64,000 nucleotides of DNA from contig RFRL01000001.1 of the NCBI GenBank assembly GCA_009924545.1, positions 4,272 to 68,271 of the forward strand. Direction: 5' to 3'. Positions 1-10,057 of this stretch are shown here, one piece after another (the first letter of the stretch is position 1; each line of letters begins with the position of its first letter). The position numbers and the translations under genes are program-made. Below the pieces are notes generated by a model that made no database searches, had not been told where the DNA came from, and saw nothing but the letters and a program-made list of their open reading frames with translations. The stretch comes from Planctomycetia bacterium. GTDB taxonomy: Bacteria > Planctomycetota > Planctomycetia > Pirellulales > UBA1268.

Positions 1-347
1 CCATCGGCCCGGATGATCACGGTGGCCGAGCTCGGCTCGCGGCCGGCATCGAGCATCACCGCCTTCTCCCGCTCCAGGTAGCCGCCGATGTCGCGCACCG
101 ACACCAACTCTCCGGCATAGATCACCGCCCCGGCACTGGTGAGCTGGAGGGTGAGCGGCTTCTCCACGATCCGGTCGGACGGCTTGGCAAGTTGGCTGAG
201 CGGAAGCCGAATCCGCTCATCCTGCTCCGCCTCGGAGAAGTTCATCACGAACATGAAGAACGTGATGAGCTGGAACGTCATGTCGATCATCGGGGTCATG
301 TCGATCTCGGTCGTCGCCGCCCCCGACGACGCGCTCCTACGAGCCAT
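1..347 (-). CDS. ExbD/TolR-family biopolymer transport protein (3' end runs off the window)
   Basis: My own translation of the minus strand from the ATG at 347 gives MARRSASSGAATTEIDMTPMIDMTFQLITFFMFVMNFSEAEQDERIRLPLS... The TPMIDxxFxLxxFF membrane anchor is the ExbD/TolR signature. The frame stays open to position 1, which is why it is missing from the ORF track. Its start overlaps the stop of the upstream ExbB-like gene by 11 nt. Confidence 0.8.
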   Translation of the reverse strand, partial: MARRSASSGAATTEIDMTPMIDMTFQLITFFMFVMNFSEAEQDERIRLPLSQLAKPSDRIVEKPLTLQLTSAGAVIYAGELVSVRDIGGYLEREKAVMLDAGREPSSATVIIRAD

Positions 348-1260
348 GCGTCCGCTCCTCGCGTCCCGTCGACGGGCCGACATCGCGCCCCAGCGGCGGG
401 CCGGCCTCGCGCCCCGTCGCCGGGGCAGCCGTGGATCCGCGGCTCGCCTTGGTCGGCATCGACTGGAACCGGGCCATGAGCCGCATCGCCTCCTCGTCGA
501 CCTCGGCGTTGAGCTTCTGCAGCCAGTTGCGGAACAGCGCGAAGCAGGCGATGGCCGGGATCGCCAGCCACAGGCCGATGAGCGTGGTGATGAGCGCCTG
601 GGAGATACCGATCGCCAACTCCGAAGGCTTCGGCGAGGTGGCGCTCTTGGCGATCACCATGAAGGCGCTCACCATCCCGTCCACCGTACCCAGCAGGCCG
701 AACATCGGCGCCAGCGCTCCGATGAGCGACACGTAGCTCACTTTGTGGTCGAGTTTCATCGCCTCGTCGGCCTCCGCCTCCTGCATCGCCTCGACGGCGG
801 CCGGGTACCCAGCCTGGAGGTTGCCCATGCCGGCGGCGAGCACGCGGCCGAGCGCCGAGTCGTCGGCCTTCGCCAGTTCGTAGGCCTCCTGATACTGCTT
901 CGCTTCCAGGTGGGCCTCGAAGCCGGCCTTGAGGGCCGGCGGGATGAGCACGGCCCGGCGGATCTGCAGGAAGCACATCACCAGCAGTGCCACCAACGCG
1001 AACGACAGGAGGAGGAACACGATCACGTACCGGAGCCCGAGGGCCTTGTAGTAGAAGACGAGCATGCTCTCGCCCTCCTCGGCCGGGGCTTCGTCGGCGG
1101 CGACATCGTCCTGGGCGAAGGCCACGGCCGGCTGGAGCGCCGGCACCAGCACGGCGGTGGGCACGGCGAAGCTGGCCACCGCCAGCGCCATCCGCGTCAC
1201 GACGGCCCACACGACGCAGCCCGTCGCCCGCCGCATCCACTCGTACACGCCGCTGACCAT
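337..1260 (-). CDS. MotA/TolQ/ExbB-family proton channel protein
   Basis: The C-terminal half (LIGALAPMFGLLGTVDGMVSAF ... SELAIGISQALITTLIGLWLAIPAIACFALFRN) is the MotA/TolQ/ExbB channel signature. The track ORF extends to the ATG at 1392. I prefer the ATG at 1260 (MVSGVYEWMRRATG...), which precedes a signal-like hydrophobic stretch. The start is uncertain. Confidence 0.85.
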   Translation of the reverse strand: MVSGVYEWMRRATGCVVWAVVTRMALAVASFAVPTAVLVPALQPAVAFAQDDVAADEAPAEEGESMLVFYYKALGLRYVIVFLLLSFALVALLVMCFLQIRRAVLIPPALKAGFEAHLEAKQYQEAYELAKADDSALGRVLAAGMGNLQAGYPAAVEAMQEAEADEAMKLDHKVSYVSLIGALAPMFGLLGTVDGMVSAFMVIAKSATSPKPSELAIGISQALITTLIGLWLAIPAIACFALFRNWLQKLNAEVDEEAMRLMARFQSMPTKASRGSTAAPATGREAGPPLGRDVGPSTGREERTHGS

Positions 1261-1358
1261 GCTGCACTCCTCGGATGGATCGATTCGGTTGGAGGATCGT
1301 ATGCCAAACGCCCGCAGCCCGCAAAACCTGCCCGTCGCGGCGATCGGCTCTGTCGCGC

Positions 1359-2498
1359 TCACGACGACTTCCCGGCCGCCTGCTTCGCCCATCGGCTCCC
1401 GGGATAGCTGGCGTCGAGCGTCGCGCGGGCCTCACGGGCGCGCTCCGGATTCCGGGCCCGCTCCCACAGTTCGACGAGGTTCCACAGCGCCTCGGCGTGG
1501 GCCTCCGGCGACCCGTTGTAGACCAGATCGACGGTGAGGAACGCGATCAGGGCATCCTGGTCGCGGCCGGCGGACCGGTAGGCCACACCGAGGGTGTCGT
1601 AGGCGGCGGCAAGGGCATCGCCCTCCTCCGGATCCGACTGGTCGATGACCGTCGTCACCACGCCGATCGCGTCGTCATGTCGCCCCAGGCCGATCAGGCT
1701 CCGGGCCCGTCCCAGGGCCGCCGCCCGCTTCTGGGCGCCGCTCGCCTCGTCGCCGGCATCGACTGCCAGTGCGGCGTCGAACTCGGCGAGGGCCTCCCGG
1801 TGTTTCTGCTGGTCGAGGAGCATGCGGGCCTTGGCCGCCGCGGCGCGGACCTTGAAGGCCGGCGGGCCTTTGGCCATCTGGGAATAGGCCGCCAAGGCGT
1901 TGTCGGCCCGCCCCGCCCGGGCGAGGAGGTCGCCGAGCAGTTCCTGCACGTCGTAGAGGTGGTGGCTCTCGGGGTGCTTCTGGAGGAAATCGTTGACGAG
2001 GCGCCCGGCATCCCGCGGATCGGCGCCCGTGACGAGCGCCACCCTGCCGGCGGCCACCGCCTTCACGTAGTCCATGTCGGCGAGCACCGTCGGCTCGGCG
2101 CCGTCAAGTTCGGCCGCCTCGACCTTGGCGATCTCCTCGAGCGCCTCGGCCGCCCGCCCCCGGGAGAGCATCCCGCGGGCGGAACGCAGCGACTGCGGCT
2201 CACCGGCAAACTGGACGTCGCGGATCCGGTCCACCGCCACGCGGCGGATCTCACCGGCGCGATCCTCGATCTGCACCTCGTTGGGCGTTACCGCGGTGAT
2301 CTTGCCGGTGAAGGTGCCGTCGGTGGCCACGACCCGGTCGGTGGACTGCGCCAGCGCGGGCCCGGCGGTCGCGGCGATCAGCAGGGCCACCCCCGACACC
2401 ACCACGCGGCACGCGCACCGGCCCGCGGCGACACCGGCCGTCCCGGCATGGCGGTTCGAAGCGCTCGGTGCGCGACCGGGAACAGACAGCCTGATCAT
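1359..2498 (-). CDS. secreted TPR-like repeat protein (379 aa)
   Basis: Signal-like N-terminus (VVVSGVALLIAATAGPALAQS), followed by A/L/D/R-rich helical repeats typical of TPR-like solenoids. A 4-nt ATGA overlap (2495-2498) links it to the upstream gene, and an ExbB gene lies directly downstream. Confidence 0.7.
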   Translation of the reverse strand: MIRLSVPGRAPSASNRHAGTAGVAAGRCACRVVVSGVALLIAATAGPALAQSTDRVVATDGTFTGKITAVTPNEVQIEDRAGEIRRVAVDRIRDVQFAGEPQSLRSARGMLSRGRAAEALEEIAKVEAAELDGAEPTVLADMDYVKAVAAGRVALVTGADPRDAGRLVNDFLQKHPESHHLYDVQELLGDLLARAGRADNALAAYSQMAKGPPAFKVRAAAAKARMLLDQQKHREALAEFDAALAVDAGDEASGAQKRAAALGRARSLIGLGRHDDAIGVVTTVIDQSDPEEGDALAAAYDTLGVAYRSAGRDQDALIAFLTVDLVYNGSPEAHAEALWNLVELWERARNPERAREARATLDASYPGSRWAKQAAGKSS

Positions 2499-5400
2499 CC
2501 TCCAGCCTCCAGTCCGGCGAGGCCCGGGGGATTCGCCTCGCCCCGTTCCTTCTGGATCTCCTTGAGCAGCTTCTCGAAGCGGGCACGCGACGCATCGCCA
2601 CCGAGCCCCGGGTAGAGCTTGTAGGTGATGGCGATGTCGTTGACCGCCATGTCGAGGAGCTTGCTCCGCTCCGTGTCGCTACGTCGGGCGCGCGCCAGGC
2701 GAATGGCGGCGACGTTGTACCTCGCTTCGAAGAACCGTGCCCGGGCCTCCAGCGCCTTGGCGTCCTCGCTGGCGAACGCCTGGCGCGAGAGCTTGTTGGC
2801 GATGCCGCCCCACCCCCAGGCAACGCTCGCCCCGTTGCGGCGGCCGACGATCGATTCGCGAAGAAGGCCGTCGGCGCGGGCCTTGTCCTGGATCTTCTCC
2901 CCGGCGGCCTGGAGCAACTCCGCGGCTTGGACCTGCACGTCGAGGGCGTTTTGCCGCTTGGCGTCGGCGAGCACCCAGTCGATGTGCCCCAGCGCCTCGT
3001 CCCAGCGGCTCAACTCCTTGGAGACGCTCGCCAAGCGGAGCCGCAGCGAGGGTTCGAAGCTGGCGACCTCGTCACCTCCCCGGGCGAGGAGCGCCTCGTA
3101 GGTCTTCGCCGCCTTGTCGAGATACTCCGCCGCCTTGGCCCGACTGGCCCCACTGCCACCCGAACCGAGCGAGAGGTAGGTCGTCGCCACCCACATCTGC
3201 GCCGCGGTCTTGGTGTCGCGCCGGGCGACGCCGTCGAGGAACTTCTCGAACCCGGCGAGGATCGCCTGCACACGGGCCTGCGACTCCGCCGATGGCGTGC
3301 CCCCGGCGGCCGCGATCTCGCGGAGTTGCCCCTCCAGATCCCGGCCCATGGCAAGGTACATGGCGGTCAGTTTGGCCGACGATTCGGCGCCGGTGCCGGC
3401 CAGTTTCTCCAACTGCTCCATCGCCTGCTGGGCCTTCCCGAGAGCCGTCGGATCGGTCGCCGACGCCTGGATGAAATATCGCAGGGCCACGCTCAGGGCG
3501 CCCTCCGCCAGCGTGCCCTCGGTGAGCGATTTGGTGTCGGGGTTGGCGGAGGTGACCACCGTCCAGGGACCGTACTGCGGGTGCTCGAGGAGCCGGGCGG
3601 CCAGCGGCAGGTCGCCATCCTCGAGGGCGATCTGCACACGGGCCAGGGCGCCGGCCACCGTCGCGGCATCCGGCTTGGCCTCCGCGGGCACGGCGGCGAG
3701 CCCGCTGTCGAGGGCCTGCACGGCGGTGGCCCGCCAGCCGGCGGTGCGTTCGGCCGGAGGCTGCCCATCCGTTGGCAGGCGGCGCTGTTCCTGGATCTCC
3801 CGCCACAGTCCGCCACCGCCACGGAGGAGCAGTTCGCTGCGCCGCGGCGAGGCCTCGGGCACCCGCGCGACCAACTCCGCCAGCCGGGCCCCGTCGCGGT
3901 TCTCGGTCGCCGCTGCGATCGCCACCACACCGGCATCGGCGCTTTCGGCGTCGGCCGGCCAGGTGCGCATGATCCGCTCGGCGACGACGGCGCACTGGCT
4001 CCGGGCCGCGGACCGCCACTCCTCGGGGCCCGACCGCGCAAGCTGCTGCCAGCTCGCCATGGCGATCGTCGCCGCCTGGCGCCCACCCTTGGCATTGGGA
4101 TAGCGCGACGCGAGGAAATCACCCAGCGCCGCCGCCTCGTGGAGCCGCCGCGAATCGTAGAGGAGGAACGTGAGCCAGTAGCGTGCCTGGTTGAGCATCT
4201 CCAGATCGTCGGGGCCGGCGCGGGGAATCGCGCGCCGCACCGCTGCCAGCGCCTGCTCGCGCGCGGCACCGACCGCCGCCTGCTCGTCGGTGCCCGGCTG
4301 ACCGGCGGCCTGGGCCTGCTTGGCCGCCGCCTGCCGGGACTGCATCTCCGCCAGCGCCACCCGCGCCGCGTCGATCGCCCCGGCGAAGGACGCGGCGCCG
4401 TCGGCATCCTCGGGGAGGGCGCGGCCGAGCCGTTCGAGGAGGCTGCGTGCCTCGCGGGCGTAGTCCTTGTTGACCTTGGCCACTTCCTGGGCGAGTTTCC
4501 GCGCGTCGCGCAACCACGGGGTGCGCTTGGCTTTCTCCGCCTCGGGAAGGGCGAGGGCCCGCTGTTCGAGCAGGGCTGCCGCCCGGTACTTCATCGCCAA
4601 CCAATCGGCGTCGAGCCGATCGGCCGGCTGCGCGGCCAGCGCCAGACGCTGCAGACGCTCGTCGAAGGCCTCGTAGTTCTTCTCGTCGAGCCAGCACTCC
4701 AGCGACGTACCGATCGCCTTGGCCCGGAGGCCGGGCACGATGCCGCTGTCCCCCTCCAGGCCACGGATGTCGGCCAGGGCGGCGAGGGCCTTGTCCAAGC
4801 CCTTCTTTCGCTCGTCGGCGTTGGACTCCGCCAGGGCGATGGTCGCGTAGCTGCGCCCCTCGTAGAAACGGGCGAACAGGCCAGCACCGCGACTGCGGTA
4901 CTTCTCCGCCAACTCCCGGTAGCGGTCGGCGGCGGCGTTCACCGCCACCCGCCACTCCGGCGAAGACGGTTGGAGGGCCTTCGATTTCTCGAAGTAGGCC
5001 CCCGCCGCCAACAGCCTGGTGGAGAGCAGTTGGCCCCGGAGATCATCCTGCCGTTGCTCGAGTTGCTCCAGGAGCTTGGTGTCGGCCGCACCGCGCCGCG
5101 GAGGACGTTTCGGCTTTCCCTCGCCCGCATCCTTGCCCTCCCCGCCCGACAGTTCCGCCAGCCGGGCGTCGACCTGCCGCAGTTCCTTGAGCACGGCGTC
5201 CTCGGCGCTGGTCACCGCGGTGATCTCTTCGTCGGGCTTCCGCTTCGTCCCTTCGATCACCTTGATGGCGGCGTCGAAGAATCCCAGGGCCTCGGGAAGC
5301 AGCCGGGCCGGATCCTCGCCGGGGCGCTTGGATTGTTCCACCTTCGCCCGGCCGCGCTCGATGAGGAGGTTGCCGTTCTGCAAGTAGGCCGTGATCGCCA

Positions 5401-5794
5401 GGTCGCCTTCGGGTGCGGTGGCGAGGAAGCGACCGATCTCGGCCGTCGCCTGGTCGAGGAGCGCCGTCCGTTTCGCCGCCGCTGCCTCCCCCCGGCTGAG
5501 CGCCACGAGCGCCTCGGCCCGCCGGAAGGCGACCTCGCGCTTCAGGTCGGCCGGGGCCGCCGCATCGGCCTCGACCCGGTCGAGCACCCAGAGCACGACG
5601 TCCGGGAGGCGCCGTTCCTCGAGCGCCGCGAGCAGCCGGCGCGTGGTGACGGTCGCGGTGGAGGGCTCTTCGGCGGCCACGGCGGGCGTCGCGCGCCCCG
5701 GGATCAGGAGGGCCGACCACGCGAAGACCAGCGCGGCGTGCCCGATCCACAACCGGGTACGGCGCTCCCGGGAAACGACGGCTGCTTCAAGCAT
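2495..5794 (-). CDS. large membrane-anchored/secreted TPR-like helical repeat protein (about 1099 aa)
   Basis: The ORF 2495..5851 is uninterrupted. I prefer the ATG at 5794 (MLEAAVVSRERRTRLWIGHAALVFAWSALLIPG, an N-terminal anchor or signal). The sequence is all A/L/E/R-rich helical-repeat type. I recognised no catalytic motif. Confidence 0.7.
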   Translation of the reverse strand: MLEAAVVSRERRTRLWIGHAALVFAWSALLIPGRATPAVAAEEPSTATVTTRRLLAALEERRLPDVVLWVLDRVEADAAAPADLKREVAFRRAEALVALSRGEAAAAKRTALLDQATAEIGRFLATAPEGDLAITAYLQNGNLLIERGRAKVEQSKRPGEDPARLLPEALGFFDAAIKVIEGTKRKPDEEITAVTSAEDAVLKELRQVDARLAELSGGEGKDAGEGKPKRPPRRGAADTKLLEQLEQRQDDLRGQLLSTRLLAAGAYFEKSKALQPSSPEWRVAVNAAADRYRELAEKYRSRGAGLFARFYEGRSYATIALAESNADERKKGLDKALAALADIRGLEGDSGIVPGLRAKAIGTSLECWLDEKNYEAFDERLQRLALAAQPADRLDADWLAMKYRAAALLEQRALALPEAEKAKRTPWLRDARKLAQEVAKVNKDYAREARSLLERLGRALPEDADGAASFAGAIDAARVALAEMQSRQAAAKQAQAAGQPGTDEQAAVGAAREQALAAVRRAIPRAGPDDLEMLNQARYWLTFLLYDSRRLHEAAALGDFLASRYPNAKGGRQAATIAMASWQQLARSGPEEWRSAARSQCAVVAERIMRTWPADAESADAGVVAIAAATENRDGARLAELVARVPEASPRRSELLLRGGGGLWREIQEQRRLPTDGQPPAERTAGWRATAVQALDSGLAAVPAEAKPDAATVAGALARVQIALEDGDLPLAARLLEHPQYGPWTVVTSANPDTKSLTEGTLAEGALSVALRYFIQASATDPTALGKAQQAMEQLEKLAGTGAESSAKLTAMYLAMGRDLEGQLREIAAAGGTPSAESQARVQAILAGFEKFLDGVARRDTKTAAQMWVATTYLSLGSGGSGASRAKAAEYLDKAAKTYEALLARGGDEVASFEPSLRLRLASVSKELSRWDEALGHIDWVLADAKRQNALDVQVQAAELLQAAGEKIQDKARADGLLRESIVGRRNGASVAWGWGGIANKLSRQAFASEDAKALEARARFFEARYNVAAIRLARARRSDTERSKLLDMAVNDIAITYKLYPGLGGDASRARFEKLLKEIQKERGEANPPGLAGLEAGG

Positions 5795-5980
5795 GTCGGA
5801 TCGCCGCTCGTGGGTTGACCACCGCACCCGCAAAACGCCCCTGGACACCAATTGTGGGGACCGGGGCGGTGAGCGTCAAACGCGAGCCGGCGATCCGCGA
5901 CTCCACATTCACCGCCGAGCCGCCCCTCTTCCGCAAGGCACACAGCCCACCGGCCGGCGACACCAGCATGCCGGCCACCA

Positions 5981-7636
5981 TCACCCCGTGCGCGGACGTC
6001 GGCTGCCGCCCGCACCGGCGAGCCACGCGGGGAGCTGCCCGGCAGGGGGCAGGGTGACGACCTGTGCCGACCGGACACCGGGGCACTGGAGCACCGCCTC
6101 GAGCGCCCGGGGCGAGGGGGCGCCGTCGAGGTTGAGCACGCCGATCGCGTCGCCGCCCGGGGCCGTCCGGCCCACTGTCATCTGGGCGATGTTGACTCCC
6201 AGCTCCCCGAAGATCGTCCCCACCCGGCCGATGATCCCCGGCACGTCATCGTGGGTGAACACGAGGAGGATGCCGTCGAGATAGGCCTCGAGCCGGTGGC
6301 CCTGGAGCTGGACCAGACGGGGCATCGAGTGGCCGAACAGGGTCCCGGCGGCACGGTGGACACGGTTCCCGGAAACGATGTCGACCGCCACCACCGAACT
6401 GAACGCCCCGGGGTCGGTGCGGCTCTGCTCCACCAGGTCGATGCCGCGCTCGCGGAGAAGCATCTCCGCGTTGACGATGTTGACGTCCTCGATCGCCGAC
6501 TCGAGGAGGCCGGCGGCGAAGGCCGCGGTGACGAGACGCGTGGGCCGCGACGCCACCTCGCCGCGGTAGGCGATGGAGCAGGAGCGGGGGGCGGTGCCGT
6601 CGAGTTGGGCCAGCAGAAGCCCGAGCCGCCAGGCCAGATCGACGAAGCCGCGGACGCTTTCCAGCTGCGCCGGATCGATGGCAGCGGCGTTGACGGAGTG
6701 GCGGATGGCGCCGCTGGAGAGGTAGTCGACGAGCAGGCCCACCCCCTCGACCGCCACCTGCGACTGGGCTTCTTCGGTGCTCGCGCCGAGGTGCGGCGTG
6801 ACGAGCACGCCCGGCATGCCGAACAGCGGGCTGTCGGTGCACGGCTCCTGCTCGAACACGTCGAGGGCCACGCCGCCGATGATCCCTTCCTCGAGCCCCT
6901 TCACCAGGGCCGCCTCGTCGTAGATACCCCCGCGGGCACAATTCACCAGCCGCACGCCCTTCTTGAGGAGCGGCAGTTCGGCCATGCCCACCAGATGCCG
7001 CGTCTCGTCGGTGAGGGGAGTGTGGACGGTGAGGTAATCGACGCGGGGAAGCATGCCGCGGACCGTGTCCACCAGTTCGATGCCCAGTTCCGCCGCCCGC
7101 TCGGGGGTGAGGAACGGATCGTAGCCCAGCACCTTCATGTCGAACGCGGCGGCCCGCCTCGCCACCGTCTGACCGATCCGGCCGAGCCCCACGATGCCGA
7201 GGGTCTTGCCGGCCAGTTGCACCCCCATGAAGCGATTGCGATCCCACTTGTGGCCGCGCAGGCTGGCGTCGGCAGCGGCGATGTTGCGCGACAACCCGAG
7301 GATCAGGGCGAAGGCATGTTCGGCCGTGCTGACCGTGTTGCCCGCGGGGGTGTTCATGACGACGATCCCCTGCCGGGTCGCCGCCTCCTTGTCGATGTTG
7401 TCGGTGCCCACGCCCGCGCGGACGATCGCCCGGAGCCGCTGGTTCCCCGCCAGGGCGGCCGCCGTGATCTTCACTCCGCTGCGGCAGATGGCGCCGTCGT
7501 GCGCCGCCAGCGCCGCGCGGAGGGCATCGCCCGACAGCCCGGTGCGCACCTCGTAGGTGATCCCCGCCGACGCGGCCGCGTCGAGAAGGGCGATCCCGTC
7601 GGGGCTCAGCGTGTCGAGCACGATGATGGAGGGCAT
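5981..7636 (-). CDS. serA: D-3-phosphoglycerate dehydrogenase (long form with C-terminal regulatory/ACT-like region)
   Basis: The NAD-binding motif GKTLGIVGLGRIGQ, the 2-hydroxyacid dehydrogenase core (NCARGG, VTPHLGAST), and a C-terminal roughly 200 aa ending in an ACT-like segment (LLVFTHDDVPGIIGRVGTIFGELGVNIAQM). Confidence 0.9.
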   Translation of the reverse strand: MPSIIVLDTLSPDGIALLDAAASAGITYEVRTGLSGDALRAALAAHDGAICRSGVKITAAALAGNQRLRAIVRAGVGTDNIDKEAATRQGIVVMNTPAGNTVSTAEHAFALILGLSRNIAAADASLRGHKWDRNRFMGVQLAGKTLGIVGLGRIGQTVARRAAAFDMKVLGYDPFLTPERAAELGIELVDTVRGMLPRVDYLTVHTPLTDETRHLVGMAELPLLKKGVRLVNCARGGIYDEAALVKGLEEGIIGGVALDVFEQEPCTDSPLFGMPGVLVTPHLGASTEEAQSQVAVEGVGLLVDYLSSGAIRHSVNAAAIDPAQLESVRGFVDLAWRLGLLLAQLDGTAPRSCSIAYRGEVASRPTRLVTAAFAAGLLESAIEDVNIVNAEMLLRERGIDLVEQSRTDPGAFSSVVAVDIVSGNRVHRAAGTLFGHSMPRLVQLQGHRLEAYLDGILLVFTHDDVPGIIGRVGTIFGELGVNIAQMTVGRTAPGGDAIGVLNLDGAPSPRALEAVLQCPGVRSAQVVTLPPAGQLPAWLAGAGGSRRPRTG

Positions 7637-7695
7637 GGTTGCTCTCTGGGGTGATCCGTCAACGCGACCGCGAAGGGCCGAACCGGACCGGGACG

Positions 7696-8880
7696 TCAGC
7701 CGCTGCGAGCCGCCGCCCCGGCGGTCGGGTGCTGTGCGGTCTGTCCGCCGTGCGCCGCGGGGTGTCCGTGCGCCGCCTGGAACTCGAGCATGTGGTCCCG
7801 CAAGGCGACCACGGCTGGCAAGGGCATGGCGTTATAGATGCTCGCGCGGATCCCGCCGACCGACCGGTGCCCCTTGAGTTCGACCAACCCGCGCCGGGCC
7901 GCGCCGGCGACGAAGGCCTTCTCCAGATCCTCGGTGGGGAGACGGAACGTGACGTTCATCATCGAGCGGCACTCGGGATGGGCATGGCCGGCATAGAAAC
8001 CCGCGGAGCCATCGAGCACGTCGTAGAGCAGTTTCGCCTTGGCGGCGTTGTGCCGGGCCATCCCTTCCAGCCCACCCATCGCGTCACGCACCCAGCGACA
8101 CACCTTCCCGAGGACGTAGATGGCGAACACCGGCGGTGTGTTGGCCCGCGACCCGCCCGTGACATGCGTCCGGTAGTCGAGCATCGCCGGGAGGCCATCG
8201 GGGGAGCGCCCGAGCAGATCGCGGCGGATGATCACCACGGTCACTCCGGCGATGCCGGCGTTCTTCTGGGCACAGGCGTAGAGGATGCCGTAGCGCGACA
8301 CGTCGAGTGGCCGGGAGAGGAAGTCGCTCGAGGCGTCGCACACCAGCGGAGCCGACCCGACCGCCGGTTCGGCTGGCCACTGCACCCCTTGGATGGTCTC
8401 ATTGCTGGTCATGTAGACGTACGCTGGATCGGTCGAGAGGTGGATCTCACCACGTGCTGGCAGGCGGTCATGACCGGTGGCGGCGCCGTCCCACGCGACG
8501 TGCACGGCCCCCTCCTTGCGGGCCTCCTTGATGGCGGTCGCCCCCCAGGTGCCGGTGATCAGGTAATCGGCGGTCCGCCCGGTGCCGCGGAGCAGGTTCA
8601 TCGGCACCATCGAGAATTGCAGGCTCGCCCCACCCTGGAGGAACAGCACGTCGTGACTGTCGCCGACGCCGAGCAGCCCGCGCAGATCAGCGACCGTCTC
8701 CTCGAGGATCCGATCGAATGCCAGGCTGCGGTGACTGATCTCCAGGATCGAACTGCCCACCCCGGGGAGGGCGAGCAGGTCGGCCTGGATGTCCGCGAGC
8801 ACCTCCACGGGCAGCACGGCCGGACCGGACGAAAAGTTGGCGAGCCGGTCGGCTTCAGGCGTCCGCTGGGGTTCGGTCAC
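7696..8880 (-). CDS. serC: phosphoserine aminotransferase
   Basis: NFSSGPAVLP at the N-terminus, the PLP-lysine region YACAQKNAGIAGVTVVII, and GGIRASIYNAMP near the C-terminus. It lies immediately downstream of serA, 58 nt apart. Confidence 0.9.
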   Translation of the reverse strand: MTEPQRTPEADRLANFSSGPAVLPVEVLADIQADLLALPGVGSSILEISHRSLAFDRILEETVADLRGLLGVGDSHDVLFLQGGASLQFSMVPMNLLRGTGRTADYLITGTWGATAIKEARKEGAVHVAWDGAATGHDRLPARGEIHLSTDPAYVYMTSNETIQGVQWPAEPAVGSAPLVCDASSDFLSRPLDVSRYGILYACAQKNAGIAGVTVVIIRRDLLGRSPDGLPAMLDYRTHVTGGSRANTPPVFAIYVLGKVCRWVRDAMGGLEGMARHNAAKAKLLYDVLDGSAGFYAGHAHPECRSMMNVTFRLPTEDLEKAFVAGAARRGLVELKGHRSVGGIRASIYNAMPLPAVVALRDHMLEFQAAHGHPAAHGGQTAQHPTAGAAARSG

Positions 8881-9075
8881 AACCAGGCTCCGGGCGTGGG
8901 AATCGGACGGGGAAATGGCTCACGGGGACCGATCGCCAGGACGGCGTGCCGGCAGCGGCAACCAAGCCGCTCCGGAATCCCGGCCCTTGCCTGGCGCGGT
9001 GTGGGGATCCTCACGTCGCGCGGCGGCGGCCCGCCCGCGGGCAAGCCGGCAGAATAGGAACAGCCGGCAAACCGG

Positions 9076-9894
9076 TCAACGGGCCATGGGTGGCCCTGCC
9101 GGCACGTCAGCCGGCGGCGCGACGATCGGCGGCACGCTCGGCACGATCATCGGCGTTGCGGCAGGCCCGGGGCCCCAGCCGTTCGGCGCGGGAAAACCGC
9201 CGGGCGGAGGCAGGGCCGCCACCCGGCTGACGGGGGCCTGCGCGGCACCGAGCGATGCCACTCGCGATGCCACGACGGGTTGGCTGCCACCGGCAGCCAA
9301 CGCCCGTGAGTAGTTGGCCAGCGCCAGTGTGGTGTCGCCGGTCGCCTCCCGCAGTTGCCCCAGGGCCACCAGGGCGCGGGGATTACCGGGGGAGATCGCC
9401 AGGGCATCGATGAGATGCGTTTCCGCCTCGCGGAGATCGCCATGCTCTTGGCAGAGGCGCGCCAGCTCGATCTGCGGATCGGGATCACCCGGACGGCGCC
9501 GCGACCAGCCGTCGAGGATCGCCACGGCGTCGCCACCCCGTCCGGTTTCCACCATCAGCACCGCAAGGCCGCGGTTGCAGGCCGGATGGTCGGGATTCCG
9601 CGACAAGCAGAGGTGGTAGTACTGTTCAGCGGTCCGCATGTCGTCGGGCCGACCGAAGAGTTTGGCCTGCTGGTGATAGGTGGCCCCGAGGTTGTAGAAG
9701 CAGTCGGGGCTCCCCGGCTGCTGCTGGAGGGCCTGCTGGAAATGGTTGACGGCCCCCAGGTAGTTGCCCTGCTGGTAGAGCCGCACCCCCTCGGCATTGT
9801 CGTTGCGGACGAGTCCACCGCAGCCGGCGGCGCTGGCCGAAAGGACCAGGCCCACCCAGCCGTAGCGGCCCCTTCGATCAGCAGGTTTCGGCAT
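9076..9894 (-). CDS. TPR-repeat lipoprotein with a Pro-rich C-terminus
   Basis: I prefer the ATG at 9894 (MPKPADRRGRYGWVGLVLSASAAGCGG, with lipobox-like SAAGC). TPR-like units follow (YQQGNYLGAVNHFQQALQQQP, FYNLGATYHQQ, YYHLCLSRNPDH). The track ORF extends to 10080 but would then overlap the upstream small gene. Confidence 0.7.
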   Translation of the reverse strand: MPKPADRRGRYGWVGLVLSASAAGCGGLVRNDNAEGVRLYQQGNYLGAVNHFQQALQQQPGSPDCFYNLGATYHQQAKLFGRPDDMRTAEQYYHLCLSRNPDHPACNRGLAVLMVETGRGGDAVAILDGWSRRRPGDPDPQIELARLCQEHGDLREAETHLIDALAISPGNPRALVALGQLREATGDTTLALANYSRALAAGGSQPVVASRVASLGAAQAPVSRVAALPPPGGFPAPNGWGPGPAATPMIVPSVPPIVAPPADVPAGPPMAR

Positions 9895-10057
9895 GGGGTG
9901 GTGAACGACGGTCGGAGGACGGGGTGGCGGGCGGCGGGGACCGGCCCCGGGCGCTGGGACACTACCGGCCGGGGCCGACCACGGGCAACGCCAGTCGCCC
10001 CGGAGCGCCCCCGCCCCACCGGCCGGCCGGCAGCCGCAGGCCCACCGCTGCCGGGTG

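Noticed and set aside
139-5818. Long plus-strand ORFs (139-1407, 1275-2615, 2927-5818 and others) antisense to the ExbB/TPR operon. Comparable antisense ORFs occur elsewhere, for example 43619-44809, 45094-46386, 39881-41809 and 25671-27440.
   Set aside because: Their composition (runs of R, G, P, H, D) is unlike real proteins, and each fully overlaps a gene with family motifs on the other strand. I could not find any recognisable domain in them.
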